Assembly: GCA_965228855.1 (NCBI GenBank)
Contig: CBDDIJ010000002.1
Location: 2,240,001 to 2,304,000, forward strand
Source: Candidatus Obscuribacterales bacterium
GTDB lineage: Bacteria > Cyanobacteriota > Vampirovibrionia > Obscuribacterales > Obscuribacteraceae
Reading direction: 5' to 3'
DNA: 64,000 nucleotides
Position 1 is the stretch's first letter; each line of letters begins with the position of its first letter. The notes under the pieces are model-generated. The model saw only the letters and a program-made list of their open reading frames with translations, made no database searches and was not told where the DNA came from. Positions 20,148 through 30,577 of this stretch are shown piece after piece. A program made the translations under genes and the position numbers.

Positions 20148-20271
20148 GGCGGTTTAGATCCTTTTAGCGGAGGAGGCTGGAGGCCGACAGAGCGGACCGA
20201 GCCGTATAAATATATACAAGCAACAGATCCTACGGCACTTCAGCCATACTTTTCAGCAATTGTAAGCAGAT

Positions 20272-20832
20272 TTAGACTTTTATTACTTGGTTGAACTCAA
20301 GCTCAACCGGCGTAGCGCGTCCGAAGATGATGACAGAGGCTTTGATTCGCTCTCTTTCCAGGTTGACTTCGGTGACTTCGCCTGTAAAGTCGGCGAACGG
20401 TCCGCCCGTAATACGAACGAAATCTCCGACCTTGACGTCGATGGCGGCGGCTTTCTTGCCTTTGACTCCGCTGGCGGCGATTTGGCGTCTGAGGATTTTT
20501 CTGATTTCAGAATCTTGTACGGGAATCGGCTTCTTGCCTGCGCCTACGTATTTAGTTACGCCCGGTGCTTCTCTGACAACTCTCCACGAATCGTCGTCGA
20601 GGATCATTTCAACGAAAACGTAGCCCGGGTACTCGCGCTCTTTTTTCTCGACGCGCTTGCCGTCTTTGACTTTCGTGACCATCTTTTCGGGGACGATAAC
20701 ACCGAATATTTTGTCTTGCGCGTTCATGGTGACAACGCGTTTTTCGATGTGTTCCTTCACTTTATTTTCGTGGCCGGATGCGGTCTGAACTGCATACCAT
20801 TTACGTTGTCCGTCGGACTTGATGAAACCCAT
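20272..20832 (-). CDS. nusG: Transcription termination/antitermination factor NusG
   Basis: [23 protein letters not shown] and KOW motif [10 protein letters not shown]...[10 protein letters not shown]. Confidence 0.99.
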   Translation of the reverse strand: MGFIKSDGQRKWYAVQTASGHENKVKEHIEKRVVTMNAQDKIFGVIVPEKMVTKVKDGKRVEKKEREYPGYVFVEMILDDDSWRVVREAPGVTKYVGAGKKPIPVQDSEIRKILRRQIAASGVKGKKAAAIDVKVGDFVRITGGPFADFTGEVTEVNLERERIKASVIIFGRATPVELEFNQVIKV

Positions 20833-20855
20833 TGTCCTGCCTCTTTCTCCTGAAT

Positions 20856-21497
20856 TTATGGATGTGGGGTTGTGGGTGTTGCCGGCGCCGGTGAAGCGGG
20901 AGTGCTTGCTCCCGGTACTGACGCTCCCGGTGTCGCCGGTGGTGCCGTCGGCGCTGGTGTCGTGGCTGGTGCCGGAGTCGTAGCCGCTGGTGGCGCGGAT
21001 GCCGGGGGGGTCTGTGCCGGAGTCGAAGTCGAGACAGGCGCCGGTGTCACTGGTGTCGCCCCTGGTGCCGGAGCGCTGCTCGTCGGTGTCGTGCCTGGCG
21101 CTCCCGGAGCTTGCTCTGGAAGCTTCTCTTGCGGCGGTAAATCTTCTGGTCTTGTTCTCGGGCCGGGACCCTCTTGAGGTGCTACCGGAGTGAACATGCC
21201 GTTGTCATCGGTTTTCGGTGCGGTGATCTTAGCCAAGTGCTCGATAGGTCCGAAAACCCAGTTGCCCAGCGCATAATCGAAGCCCAGTACCATGACGGTT
21301 ATGAGAGCTACAAGCACGATGACGCTCGTAGTCTCCTGCACCACCTGACTGCGGGGCGGCCAGGTGATCTTCTTTGCTTCTTTTACAACTTCCTTGAGGA
21401 ATACGACCGCACCAGTGACGACGTTTCCAGATTTTTTCGAGTCTGCGTTCTTGGTGCTCTTGGGTTGTTGAGGGGCATCTGCGTGGGTGCCTTGCAT
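20856..21497 (-). CDS. secE: Preprotein translocase SecE with a long Pro/Ala/Thr-rich C-terminal extension
   Basis: FLKEVVKEAKKITWP motif plus TM helix, located between trnW and nusG. Confidence 0.92.
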   Translation of the reverse strand: MQGTHADAPQQPKSTKNADSKKSGNVVTGAVVFLKEVVKEAKKITWPPRSQVVQETTSVIVLVALITVMVLGFDYALGNWVFGPIEHLAKITAPKTDDNGMFTPVAPQEGPGPRTRPEDLPPQEKLPEQAPGAPGTTPTSSAPAPGATPVTPAPVSTSTPAQTPPASAPPAATTPAPATTPAPTAPPATPGASVPGASTPASPAPATPTTPHP

Positions 21498-21592
21498 CTT
21501 TTACTCGTCCTTGGCTCTCGCCTGTTCGGACATTCCGAGGTCCGCATCTCTTTTGAACTGCCTGTTCTTTTCTTTTCTAATTAGAAAAGATT

Positions 21593-21663
21593 CGCGCCCT
21601 GAAGGAGTCGAACCCTCAACAAACATTTTGGAGACGTTCGTTTTACCATTAAACTAAGGGCGC
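21593..21663 (-). tRNA. trnW: tRNA-Trp (anticodon CCA); 3' CCA not encoded
   Basis: GCGCCCT acceptor stem pairs with AGGGCGC; D-arm region TAGTTTAATGGTAAAAC; anticodon loop CT-CCA-AA; T-loop GGTTCGACTCC. Canonical position before secE. Confidence 0.96.
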
Positions 21664-21742
21664 TCACAGTCCATATTACTCCGATACCTTCTTCGTCGCC
21701 GCGCGCCGTTGCGCGCGGTTGTGACTGAAAGGCGGATGCAAA

Positions 21743-21910
21743 TTACTTCTTGGTTTCCTTGTGCTCTCTGTGGGAGCGGCAAGTTTTGCAATACTTCTTG
21801 ATCTCTATGCGATCAGGATCATTGCGTTTGTTCTTCATCGTCGTGTAGTTGCGGCACTTGCACTCGCCGCACGCGAGCGTGATGATGATTCTGTCGTCCT
21901 TCTTGGCCAT
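21743..21910 (-). CDS. rpmG: 50S ribosomal protein L33 (zinc-binding C+ form)
   Basis: [17 protein letters not shown]...KKYCKTC. Start ATG 21910 with GAGGA RBS. Confidence 0.97.
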   Translation of the reverse strand: MAKKDDRIIITLACGECKCRNYTTMKNKRNDPDRIEIKKYCKTCRSHREHKETKK

Positions 21911-22030
21911 TGTTCTGTCCTCGAATGGGCAGCTGAACTGCCCCGTGGTCAAATTCACTTTGCCTTCCACCAATATGGTCTAGAGAAAAGAAGGCAAAAA
22001 AAACTGCCCCCCGGTGGGTGGCAGAAGATC

Positions 22031-22059
22031 AGTATATCTAACCGGTAGAAGAGCGTCAA
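22031..22059 (-). promoter_or_regulatory. Sigma70-type promoter for the rpmG-trnW-secE-nusG operon
   Basis: Minus strand reads TTGACG-17 nt-TATACT. Confidence 0.78.
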
Positions 22060-22227
22060 CCAGGCTGTATCTGGACGTTTACTTAGTTTGCGGTCAAAAT
22101 CGCCTGTTTCGATCTATAAAATGTCTTAACTCTTTTCTCTATATATTGCGTAGTTTTGAAACGGTCACGATGATGTACGATGCCCTGAGTTCCGCTGAGG
22201 GACGAAGATACAACCGCTTACTACTTT

Positions 22228-23862
22228 GTGAACCTGGAAATTACAATTACTCGTCACTTTCTCGATTCTCTTAAGCAAACCTCATCTATCGCACTCTCGG
22301 CGATGCTGCTTTTCGTCGGACTTGGTCTTGCAGGTTGCTCTCCGAAGGCGCGTTTTGCACCGGGCGAGTTGCGTATGAACCTGGGAACGGAACCGCCTTC
22401 GCTCGATTGGCACATTACAACCGATGGAACTTCCGGCGACGTGATAGTGAATATTATGGCCGGATTGACGCAGTACCAGCAGGATTTAAAGTGTATTCCG
22501 AGTATCGCTAGGAGCTGGGATGTTCTTGATGACGGTCGCCGTTACGTCTTTCATCTTCGCGATGATGTTTTCTGGACCGATGGAAAGCCAGTCACGGCCT
22601 ACGACTTCGAATACGCCTGGCGCCGAATTGAAGATCCGAAAACCGGCGGCGGTTACGCTGATTTTTTGAATGATGTTGAAAATGCTCAAGAAATAAACAG
22701 CGGTCAAATTACTGATCTGACGAAACTGGGCGCTCATGCTCTGGACGAGCACACTTTCGAAGTCAGATTGAAGAAACCTGCCGCGTACTTCATATATCTG
22801 ACCGCTCACTGGTCAACTTATCCCATGCGCAAAGATGTTGTCGAGAAGCATGGAGATCGCTGGACGGAACCTGACAACATCATCACCAACGGTCCTTTCA
22901 AATTGGCGAAGTGGCAGCACGATTACAAAATCGAATTGGAGCCCAACGAAAATTTCTTTGAAGGCAGACCGAAGTTGAACAAAGTGAAGATGTTCATGGT
23001 TTCAGAACAGTCAACAGCCTTTGCCTTGTTTGAAAATGACGAATTAGATTACGTTGATAATCGCAGTTTCTCGACTCACGACGTCGACAGGTATAGAAAT
23101 GATCCCGGTTATCTGCGCGTTCCCTTGTTGCAGGGAACCTATCTGGGTTTTAACGTTCTGAAGAAACCCTTCGATAACAAACACGTTCGCAGAGCCGTTT
23201 CCATGGCGATCGATAAAACCGTTTTTCCGAAACTTTTGCGCAGAGGCGAGCGACCATCGACATCCTGGATTCCAGAGGAACTGACCGGTTCATCAGAGTC
23301 TTCAGCATTGAAATTCGATCCTCCTGCGGCCAGGGCAGAACTAAGCTCCGCAGGTTTTCCTGACGGTAAAAACTTTCCGAGCGTTCAACTGCTCTATCCA
23401 AATCGAGAAGATACAAGGCTTATCGTTGAATCAATTCAAGCTCAACTAAAGAAAAATCTGGGAATTTCGATTGAATTGTTGAACCAGGAATGGAAGGTTT
23501 ACCTCGCCACGCGGAAGAAAGATCCGCCGCCACTCTTCCGGGCTAACTGGATCGCGGACTACCCGGATCCGGAAACGTATATGAACCTTTTCACCACCGG
23601 TAATGGCAACAATCACACCCGCTGGTCGAACGCAACTTACGATCGGTTGGTTCAAGACGCTGCCGGCGAATTAGATGCCGCCAAACGGGCTGAGATGTAC
23701 CGGCAGGCTGACACCATCTTATGCAAGGATGAGGCTGCCATCGTTCCCACATTCGTCAGCACTCAGAATATATTGATAAAACCCTGGACTAGCGGGCTCA
23801 ATTTTAACGCTCTCGATATCCATATTTTGAAGCATGCCAACACCGCGGAGGCCGCGAAGTAG
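22228..23862 (+). CDS. oppA: Oligopeptide ABC transporter substrate-binding lipoprotein
   Basis: Lipobox LAGC, EPPSLD, WTDGKPVTAYDF, NGPFKL and WIADYPDP. The true start may be ATG 22302. Confidence 0.92.
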   Translation: MNLEITITRHFLDSLKQTSSIALSAMLLFVGLGLAGCSPKARFAPGELRMNLGTEPPSLDWHITTDGTSGDVIVNIMAGLTQYQQDLKCIPSIARSWDVLDDGRRYVFHLRDDVFWTDGKPVTAYDFEYAWRRIEDPKTGGGYADFLNDVENAQEINSGQITDLTKLGAHALDEHTFEVRLKKPAAYFIYLTAHWSTYPMRKDVVEKHGDRWTEPDNIITNGPFKLAKWQHDYKIELEPNENFFEGRPKLNKVKMFMVSEQSTAFALFENDELDYVDNRSFSTHDVDRYRNDPGYLRVPLLQGTYLGFNVLKKPFDNKHVRRAVSMAIDKTVFPKLLRRGERPSTSWIPEELTGSSESSALKFDPPAARAELSSAGFPDGKNFPSVQLLYPNREDTRLIVESIQAQLKKNLGISIELLNQEWKVYLATRKKDPPPLFRANWIADYPDPETYMNLFTTGNGNNHTRWSNATYDRLVQDAAGELDAAKRAEMYRQADTILCKDEAAIVPTFVSTQNILIKPWTSGLNFNALDIHILKHANTAEAAK

Positions 23863-23866
23863 CCAG

Positions 23867-24787
23867 ATGCTTTTGTTTATTGTCAAAAGAATTCTTTATG
23901 CTATTCCGGTCCTCTGGATAGTTGCATCGCTAACGTTTCTGCTCGTGAGAGTGGTGCCGGGTGGACCGTTTGATTCGGATAGAAATTTGCCGAAGGAAAT
24001 CATCGCAAATCTGGAGGCAAAATATAATTTGAACAAGCCGCTGCACGAGCAATACTTTCTGTACCTTGGTCGGCTTGCGAAGGGCGATCTGGGTGTTTCG
24101 TACAAATATGCCAACAGAACGGTCAATGATATCATCGGCGATGCGTTTCCCGTCTCCCTGCAGCTTGGTGTACTGGGATTGCTGATTGCTGTTTGTATCG
24201 GAGTTCCCCTCGGCGCGCTTGCAGGCGTCAACCGGGGTACGCCGGTCGACTATCTCGCGATGTTCGTATCGACAGCTGGAATTTCCCTGCCGTCTTTTGT
24301 AATCGGCGCGGGCTTGATATTCCTTGCCGGCATCAGTTTAAAAATCTTGCCGGTGGCTTTATGGGAAACACCCGCACACGTGATACTGCCGGCAGTGACG
24401 CTCGCCTTCGGTCCTGCTGCATACCTTGCTCGCTTGACGCGTGGCAGCGTCCTTGAAATTTTAGAAAAGGACTGGGTGCGAACTGCCCGTAGTAAGGGTC
24501 TGTCCAGGTTTTCCACAGTGGTGAAACATGTTCTGCGCAATGCGCTCGTGCCGGTCGTTACCGTCCTCGGTCCGATCACGGCAACATTGATAACCGGTTC
24601 ATTTGTCGTCGAATATATCTACGCTATTCCAGGCATGGGAAGATTCTTCATAACCGCTGTCAGCAACCGAGATTATGATCTGATCATGGCTACAACTTTG
24701 ATCTTTTCGATTTTGCTTTTAATTACCAACACGATTGTTGATATCACTTACAAATTCCTCGACCCCAGGATGGAGGTTGAAGGATGA
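23867..24787 (+). CDS. oppB: Oligopeptide ABC transporter permease
   Basis: PGGPF, GDLGVS, TARSKGL (EAA loop) and LDPR. Start ATG 23867. Confidence 0.93.
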   Translation: MLLFIVKRILYAIPVLWIVASLTFLLVRVVPGGPFDSDRNLPKEIIANLEAKYNLNKPLHEQYFLYLGRLAKGDLGVSYKYANRTVNDIIGDAFPVSLQLGVLGLLIAVCIGVPLGALAGVNRGTPVDYLAMFVSTAGISLPSFVIGAGLIFLAGISLKILPVALWETPAHVILPAVTLAFGPAAYLARLTRGSVLEILEKDWVRTARSKGLSRFSTVVKHVLRNALVPVVTVLGPITATLITGSFVVEYIYAIPGMGRFFITAVSNRDYDLIMATTLIFSILLLITNTIVDITYKFLDPRMEVEG

Positions 24788-25632
24788 AGACTGTAAAACG
24801 AGATGTGTTCACTCGGGTGAAAAAAATTCCCACCGCCCATTTTTCAATGTGGGTGATTGGAGCAATTTGCATTATTGCTCTCCTGTCATACTTTAACGTT
24901 CCCTTCACTCCATACAGTTTTGATGAAACTTCGGAACTCGTGCTGGCCGGACCGTCTATGCAACACTTGATGGGAACCGATGAATTGGGGCGTGATGTTC
25001 TGACCCGGGTTATTTACGGCTCTCGTTTATCAATCAGCATTGGTATCGTCACCGCAATCGTGGGATTTGTGATTGGAACCGTATATGGTGCCGTTGCCGG
25101 ATACCTGGGCGGCAAAGCCGACAGCATTTTGATGAGAGTTGTCGATGTCGCATACTCGCTCCCTGACTTGCTTGTAATGATTCTCATCGGTGTTTTAATC
25201 GGTCGGGGAACGATGGGCATCCTTCTCGCTCTGGCGCTAACGAGCTGGAGGGGAACGGCGCGTTTAGTTCGCGCGCAGTTCATTCAATTGAAAAACGAAG
25301 AGTTTGTGGAAGCCGCTCGGGCTCAAGGGCAAAATCATGTTTTGATCGTGTTGAAACATATGCTGCCGAACTCCCTTGGACCGGTAATCGTGGCGATGAC
25401 TTTTACCGTCCCGGCTGCAATCCTTTCCGAATCTACTTTGAGCTTTATCGGCCTGGGGTTATCACCGCCGGCGTGCAGTTGGGGCACGCTCGCCAGCGAC
25501 GGCTGGAGAGCGCTGCGAACTCATCCGCATTTGATTTTATTTCCGAGCATGTTCATCTTTATGACGGTGCTTTCGTTCAACTATCTTGGCGATGGTTTGC
25601 GAGACGCAATCGATCCCCGAACCAGAATTTGA
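24784..25632 (+). CDS. oppC: Oligopeptide ABC transporter permease
   Basis: HLMGTDELGRD, EFVEAARAQG and GDGLRDAIDPR. ATGA overlap with oppB. Confidence 0.93.
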   Translation: MKTVKRDVFTRVKKIPTAHFSMWVIGAICIIALLSYFNVPFTPYSFDETSELVLAGPSMQHLMGTDELGRDVLTRVIYGSRLSISIGIVTAIVGFVIGTVYGAVAGYLGGKADSILMRVVDVAYSLPDLLVMILIGVLIGRGTMGILLALALTSWRGTARLVRAQFIQLKNEEFVEAARAQGQNHVLIVLKHMLPNSLGPVIVAMTFTVPAAILSESTLSFIGLGLSPPACSWGTLASDGWRALRTHPHLILFPSMFIFMTVLSFNYLGDGLRDAIDPRTRI

Positions 25633-25953
25633 TCCGCATCCCCCGAATCTACTACTATAGAACCTAGTCTCTGCAACATCCAGAGATGCGCTCAGAGGCA
25701 TGGTTTGCAGACAATGCCCCTTTTTAGCACCTAACGGTGTCTATCCACGAATGCCGGATTTTTGAAATTCCGTCATTCTGAGAGCGCCAAGCCTCCCGTT
25801 GTGAAATCTGGAAAGCGTTGTGAATCGTTCGTTTGGGGACAGTCGTTCTGATGCGCAGGGATTGTTTTGTATACAATGGATTTGAGGCAGAAAATCGCTG
25901 AATACAAAACTAGCTCGGTGTGGCAGCCGGGCACTTCGAGACTGGAGTTATAC

Positions 25954-26946
25954 ATGAGCGCTCGCAAGAGAGCTATTACCTTCGCTTTTCTTTGTTCGAC
26001 ATTTCTAACAACGCTCGCTCTCCCGGCCGACGCAGTGGATGCTGCTCGCAAGGCTGCGATGGAAGCGGAACTTGTGAAACTGAACTCGACGATCAAGGCT
26101 AATCCTGACGACGCGACACAGTATTTCACCCGAGGCTGCGTTTACCGTGTCTTAGAAAAGTGGGATTTGGCCAGTCAGGATTTCACCGCCACAATCGATC
26201 GTAAGTCACATGACTGGCAAGACGAAGCTTATGAGGGGCGCGGAATCTGTCGCATGCAGCTTGGTCTCTACCGAGACGCGCTCAGTGACTTCAACTTTGC
26301 CTTGAAACTGAATGCGGGCCTTTTTGAAGCGCGCAAAAATCGCGCTTATCTTCTTTATAGAATGGGCTATTCTGGTCGCGCTCTGCCTGAAATAAACGCG
26401 CTTCTGGCGATGTCCAAGTATCAACACGACCCGCAATTGCATCTTTACCGCTCCAAAGTAAATTATGCACTCAAGAATTATGCCGGTGCGCTTGCTGATG
26501 CTAACGCGGTTTTAGCTGCCGATAAAACAAATATCGATGCCGGTGAAGAGCGGGCACGCGTACTCCTGGCTCAGAATCACCAGGCGCAGGCGATGACCGA
26601 GTTGACAGAGCTTATCGCTCGCTCGCCTAAACGGGGCTCTCTATGGGGGCTGGTCTCTCTGGTTCACTATGGCGCTCATGATTATAAACAGACGATTTTG
26701 AATAGCGGTAAGGCTTATGAATTGGGCTATTACAGCCCGGAACTTTTAGCCGCTTGCGCTGACAGTTACGGTCGAGTTGGTGAGATGGAAAACAGTATTA
26801 ACAGCGCCAATGAGGCGATAAAGATGAACCCCTCTATCGGTCTTGCCTACCTGGCGCGGGGGCGTGCGTACCGGTCACTTAAGAAGCTGGAGCTTGCCAG
26901 AGCGGATCTTGACAGAGCCAGCAAGCTCGGATACAAAGACGACTAA
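25954..26946 (+). CDS. Exported TPR-repeat protein
   Basis: GGAG RBS with ATG 25954, signal peptide, multiple TPRs (AYEGRGICRMQLG, AYLARGRAY). Confidence 0.85.
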   Translation: MSARKRAITFAFLCSTFLTTLALPADAVDAARKAAMEAELVKLNSTIKANPDDATQYFTRGCVYRVLEKWDLASQDFTATIDRKSHDWQDEAYEGRGICRMQLGLYRDALSDFNFALKLNAGLFEARKNRAYLLYRMGYSGRALPEINALLAMSKYQHDPQLHLYRSKVNYALKNYAGALADANAVLAADKTNIDAGEERARVLLAQNHQAQAMTELTELIARSPKRGSLWGLVSLVHYGAHDYKQTILNSGKAYELGYYSPELLAACADSYGRVGEMENSINSANEAIKMNPSIGLAYLARGRAYRSLKKLELARADLDRASKLGYKDD

Positions 26947-27097
26947 GTTCTTTGTGATACTAAATGCGATATCAGTGTTTTTCGGCTTCGTTTTATCGCG
27001 TGCTAAGTTGGGCGTCACCGTGGTAAAGAACATCTAGCGGCTTTTCTTCTGCGAATGCCGTATGATGCAGTTATCATCGGAGAGGGACTGAAGTAAC

Positions 27098-27982
27098 ATG
27101 ACGAATAATGGCGCGGTTTCCTGGAAAAACCTGACGCATATGGGATTAATAGTCTCGACTATATTTCTGGGTTCCGCAATGAGCGCAAATGCTCAGGAGC
27201 AGGGATGGGCTCTCACCCAACGCAGCACGCAGATGGGCGACCTCTACACCTATGTCTCGCCCAATGGCTTGAAGTGGACGGTTCCTAAGATTGGTGCGAA
27301 CATTGCGACTCAGGGACCGGGTTGGAATGTCTCCATGTACAACGATAAGACAAAGTCGTTCTACACGACAACGTTCCAACAGTGGCAGCAAACCATTATG
27401 CGTAAAGATCAACGCTCGCTTGAAATGAGACAGCGCCCGTGGAGTAAGGCTGGAAGCGGAAGTGTCGCAGGATTGAAGGCGACGAAATATGTAATGCAGA
27501 ATTCGGCACCAGTTGCCGGTCGCAGAAGTTTAAACGCCGTAGCGGCAGCCGAGTGCTGGGTAGCCGATGATATTACGGTGCCGGCGGCAGTGGCTGATAT
27601 GCTTGCCAACACTTACGGAATGCCGAAGACGAAGTATTTCCCGCTCCGGATTTCTTATACTGGAACGGACGGCAAGCCGGGCATCGCTCTAGACACATAC
27701 AGAGCGGAAGCTCGCGCTATGCCGGCAAACGCCTTCGCTTCTCCTCAAGGGTATAAGCTGGTTGCCAGCCAGGCTGAAGTATTTATGGATGATGAAACAC
27801 AGCAGATGATGAACGATATGGCGTCAGAAATGGGCCTGGACGCACCGCGCCGTCCCCAGCAGCGGCCCGCGATGACGACGCAAGCCGCACCAAGGGGCAT
27901 GGGGGTGCGCCATGACGCGCCGCCGGCGCAGGGCAATAATGACCTTTCGAAAATGCTTGATGCGCTGAAAGGCGGTAAATAG
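27098..27982 (+). CDS. Exported hypothetical protein (DUF4412-like beta-rich)
   Basis: Signal peptide ending ANA-Q; MYNDKTKSFY, VAGLKATKY and FASPQGYK features. Confidence 0.6.
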   Translation: MTNNGAVSWKNLTHMGLIVSTIFLGSAMSANAQEQGWALTQRSTQMGDLYTYVSPNGLKWTVPKIGANIATQGPGWNVSMYNDKTKSFYTTTFQQWQQTIMRKDQRSLEMRQRPWSKAGSGSVAGLKATKYVMQNSAPVAGRRSLNAVAAAECWVADDITVPAAVADMLANTYGMPKTKYFPLRISYTGTDGKPGIALDTYRAEARAMPANAFASPQGYKLVASQAEVFMDDETQQMMNDMASEMGLDAPRRPQQRPAMTTQAAPRGMGVRHDAPPAQGNNDLSKMLDALKGGK

Positions 27983-28115
27983 GCAAGAGACCGTTTTTAC
28001 ACTGAAGCAGTAAAAATATGAAGGTGCGTGGAATAACTTGATTTGGACGGCCCGGCGGCCGATAAATCGGACAAGTGGAATCAGTCGGAGGCGCCTCCCA
28101 GAGGATTAAGCAGCG

Positions 28116-30374
28116 GTGCTAGACGCCAATTTTCGGTTCAACCTCAAAATCGTTCACAAGGGAGCCATTCTGGTCCTTGTGCCTTTGCTTTTCGAGTTGG
28201 TGTTTTTGGCGGTTTTGACGGAACTGTTGCACCGAGCTGAAGTTGAAGTTCAGCGTCAGGTTCGTTCCAAAGCGATTATTTCGCAGGCGAACACTCTGTC
28301 GAAATTGTTCTACGACGCCGGTGTCGCGATGGGCGGATATTCAATCACGAAGAGCCCGTTGTTCTCCGATCGTTATGACAAAATCGTCAGACAAATTCCT
28401 CAGGATCTGGCTGAATTGAAAAAGCTGGTTGGTGATAATCCGAAACAGCAAACAATTCTGGAGAACCTGCAGAAAATCACAGTCACTGGTTTGAAAATTC
28501 TCGGTGAAGCCAAGGCTGCCATCGACGATAACCGTGTCGACGTTGCACAGTTCCGAGCGCGACACATGTACAAGGAAATCCGTTCGCTAGCCGATAAATT
28601 GCAAGATGAGCTACGCGGATTGACCGAGGATGAACGCCGAATCGAGGCGGAGAGCCCGGAGAAACAAAACCGATCCAGGACGATTTTGAAATTGTTTCTC
28701 GTCGCCGGCGTAGTTTTCAACATATTGATAGCGTTTGTCTTGCTCTGGTTCTTCACTCGAAGTATCAAAAACCGGCTTGACGTGATGACTGACAACTCGT
28801 TTAGGCTGGCTCGTGGTCAGGCTCTCAATCCTCCCGTCGGAGGCGGTGACGAAATTTCTCACCTCGACGGGGTTTTCCACAGTATGGCTGACGCTCTGAT
28901 GGAAGCCGCACGCAAAGAGCGTGCCGTCATCGATAACGCAGTCGACGTTATCTGTTCGATTGACATGGACGGTAAATTCGTTGCTTGCAACCCGGCTTGT
29001 TATGAGAATTGGCAATACAGTCAGGAAGAGCTTCTCGGCAAGCGCTTCATCGAAATTATTGCGCCCCAAGATATTTCTGAAACCATTAAATCAGTGCGCG
29101 CTGTTCGTGCCGAAAAAGGCAACATGCAGTTTGATAACCGTGTTCGTAGAAAAGACGGTACGGAAATTTCAGTTTCATGGTCAGCTTATTGGTCGGAAAA
29201 AGAACGTGCAATGTTCTGCGTGGCTCATGATATTACCGAGCGAAAACTGGCTGAAGAAGCTATTCGCGCATCTGAGCAAAGAATCAGAACGATTATCAAC
29301 CACATGATTGTAGGTCTGGTTATCGTCAACCAGGACGGTTTCATCGAATCGATGAACCCCGCTGCTGAAGGCATTTTTGGATACAAAGCCGAAGAGATTG
29401 TCGGCAGGCATTTGCTTGCTCTGTTCGGCGACTCGAAGTTCTTCTCAGAGCATAATGAAAACGACACGATGGCGTTTATGGAAACGCTCTTCAACCAGGC
29501 GTTGAACCGCATCGGAGAATTCGATTGCATTAAGAAAAACGGCGAAGACTTCCCCGTTGAGTTGTCGCTGTCGGAGCTGAAGACGCACGAAGGCGAGCGT
29601 TATATGGCGAACGTTCTCGACGTTTCTGAAAGAAGGGAAGTCGAGCGCCTCAAGAAAGAATTCGTTTCAACCGTTTCACACGAGTTGCGTACTCCGCTGA
29701 CGTCTATTCGTGGATCGCTGACACTATTGTCGGTAGGTGCGATGGGCAAACTGCCTGACCAGGCGCAGAAGGTCGTAGGTATTGCAGAGCGAAACACTAT
29801 TCGTTTGATCGGGCTTATCAACGACATCCTTGATATTGAAAAACTGGAAGCTGGAAAGCTCGACATGGTTTTCGACAATTCGCCAATGATGGATATCCTG
29901 GAGCGCTCGGAACAGTCTGTTCAAACCTTTGCCGCCAATAACGGTGTCAAGCTTGAAATAATGCCGTCCGACGCAGTCGTTTATGCTGATGGAGACCGAA
30001 TTGTTCAGGTCATCGTCAACCTGTTGTCTAACGCAATCAAGTTCTCTCCGCGAGATGGCACCGTGACGGTCGTCACGGAAAACGCCGCCGGCTTCGTCCA
30101 GGTGCGAGTTATCGATAGAGGGCGCGGTATTCCTGAGAAATTCAAAAAACTTCTGTTCCAACGATTCCAGCAAGTGGAAGCATCCGACGCCAAGAAGAAA
30201 GGCGGTACAGGATTGGGTCTTGCGATTTGCAAAGGCATCATCGAGCAGCACGGCGGTCAGATAGGCGTGGAGTCCGAAGAGGGTAAAGGTTCGACATTCT
30301 GGTTCCGCATTCCGCCGGCAAGAACTGACTCGACTCTGGTCGTTACCGGTGCAAAAGATCAGATTGTTTCTTGA
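28116..30374 (+). CDS. Membrane sensor histidine kinase (periplasmic CHASE3-like, HAMP, two PAS, HisKA, HATPase)
   Basis: Two TM helices, GGDEI HAMP motif, PAS ends HDITERK and LDVSERR, SHELRTPL, N/G1/F/G2 boxes. Confidence 0.95.
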   Translation: MLDANFRFNLKIVHKGAILVLVPLLFELVFLAVLTELLHRAEVEVQRQVRSKAIISQANTLSKLFYDAGVAMGGYSITKSPLFSDRYDKIVRQIPQDLAELKKLVGDNPKQQTILENLQKITVTGLKILGEAKAAIDDNRVDVAQFRARHMYKEIRSLADKLQDELRGLTEDERRIEAESPEKQNRSRTILKLFLVAGVVFNILIAFVLLWFFTRSIKNRLDVMTDNSFRLARGQALNPPVGGGDEISHLDGVFHSMADALMEAARKERAVIDNAVDVICSIDMDGKFVACNPACYENWQYSQEELLGKRFIEIIAPQDISETIKSVRAVRAEKGNMQFDNRVRRKDGTEISVSWSAYWSEKERAMFCVAHDITERKLAEEAIRASEQRIRTIINHMIVGLVIVNQDGFIESMNPAAEGIFGYKAEEIVGRHLLALFGDSKFFSEHNENDTMAFMETLFNQALNRIGEFDCIKKNGEDFPVELSLSELKTHEGERYMANVLDVSERREVERLKKEFVSTVSHELRTPLTSIRGSLTLLSVGAMGKLPDQAQKVVGIAERNTIRLIGLINDILDIEKLEAGKLDMVFDNSPMMDILERSEQSVQTFAANNGVKLEIMPSDAVVYADGDRIVQVIVNLLSNAIKFSPRDGTVTVVTENAAGFVQVRVIDRGRGIPEKFKKLLFQRFQQVEASDAKKKGGTGLGLAICKGIIEQHGGQIGVESEEGKGSTFWFRIPPARTDSTLVVTGAKDQIVS

Positions 30375-30577
30375 TGTCGAAACAACCTCAAATCTTTCTG
30401 CTTGCAATCGTGTAATTCACTTGCCATGGGGAATAAAAGGCTTATCTGAACGAAGACCTTGGCGGGTCTAAAGTGTTAAGATGTGCTCGGGCTCGGCGCT
30501 GACGGTTTTTCTTAAACCGCGGACAGAGCCGGTAGAACGGGGCGAGGCGCTGGCCTCGATGTGCAAGAAAGGGGACG

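Noticed and set aside
18932..20853. Long plus-strand ORFs (238, 275 and 188 aa)
   Set aside because: Antisense shadows of the highly biased rplA, rplK and nusG genes.
21500..21592. tRNA-Trp 3' flank as an integration site
   Set aside because: No integrase or duplicated tRNA 3' end seen; normal trnW-secE synteny is intact.
21743..21973. 76-aa extended L33 from the ORF track
   Set aside because: L33 homology and the RBS point to ATG 21910; the extension is leader sequence.
25633..25953. 320-nt intergenic region as a possible riboswitch or sRNA
   Set aside because: Only a weak ggcat/atgcc + T5 hairpin; no glycine, c-di-GMP or other aptamer consensus that I could match.
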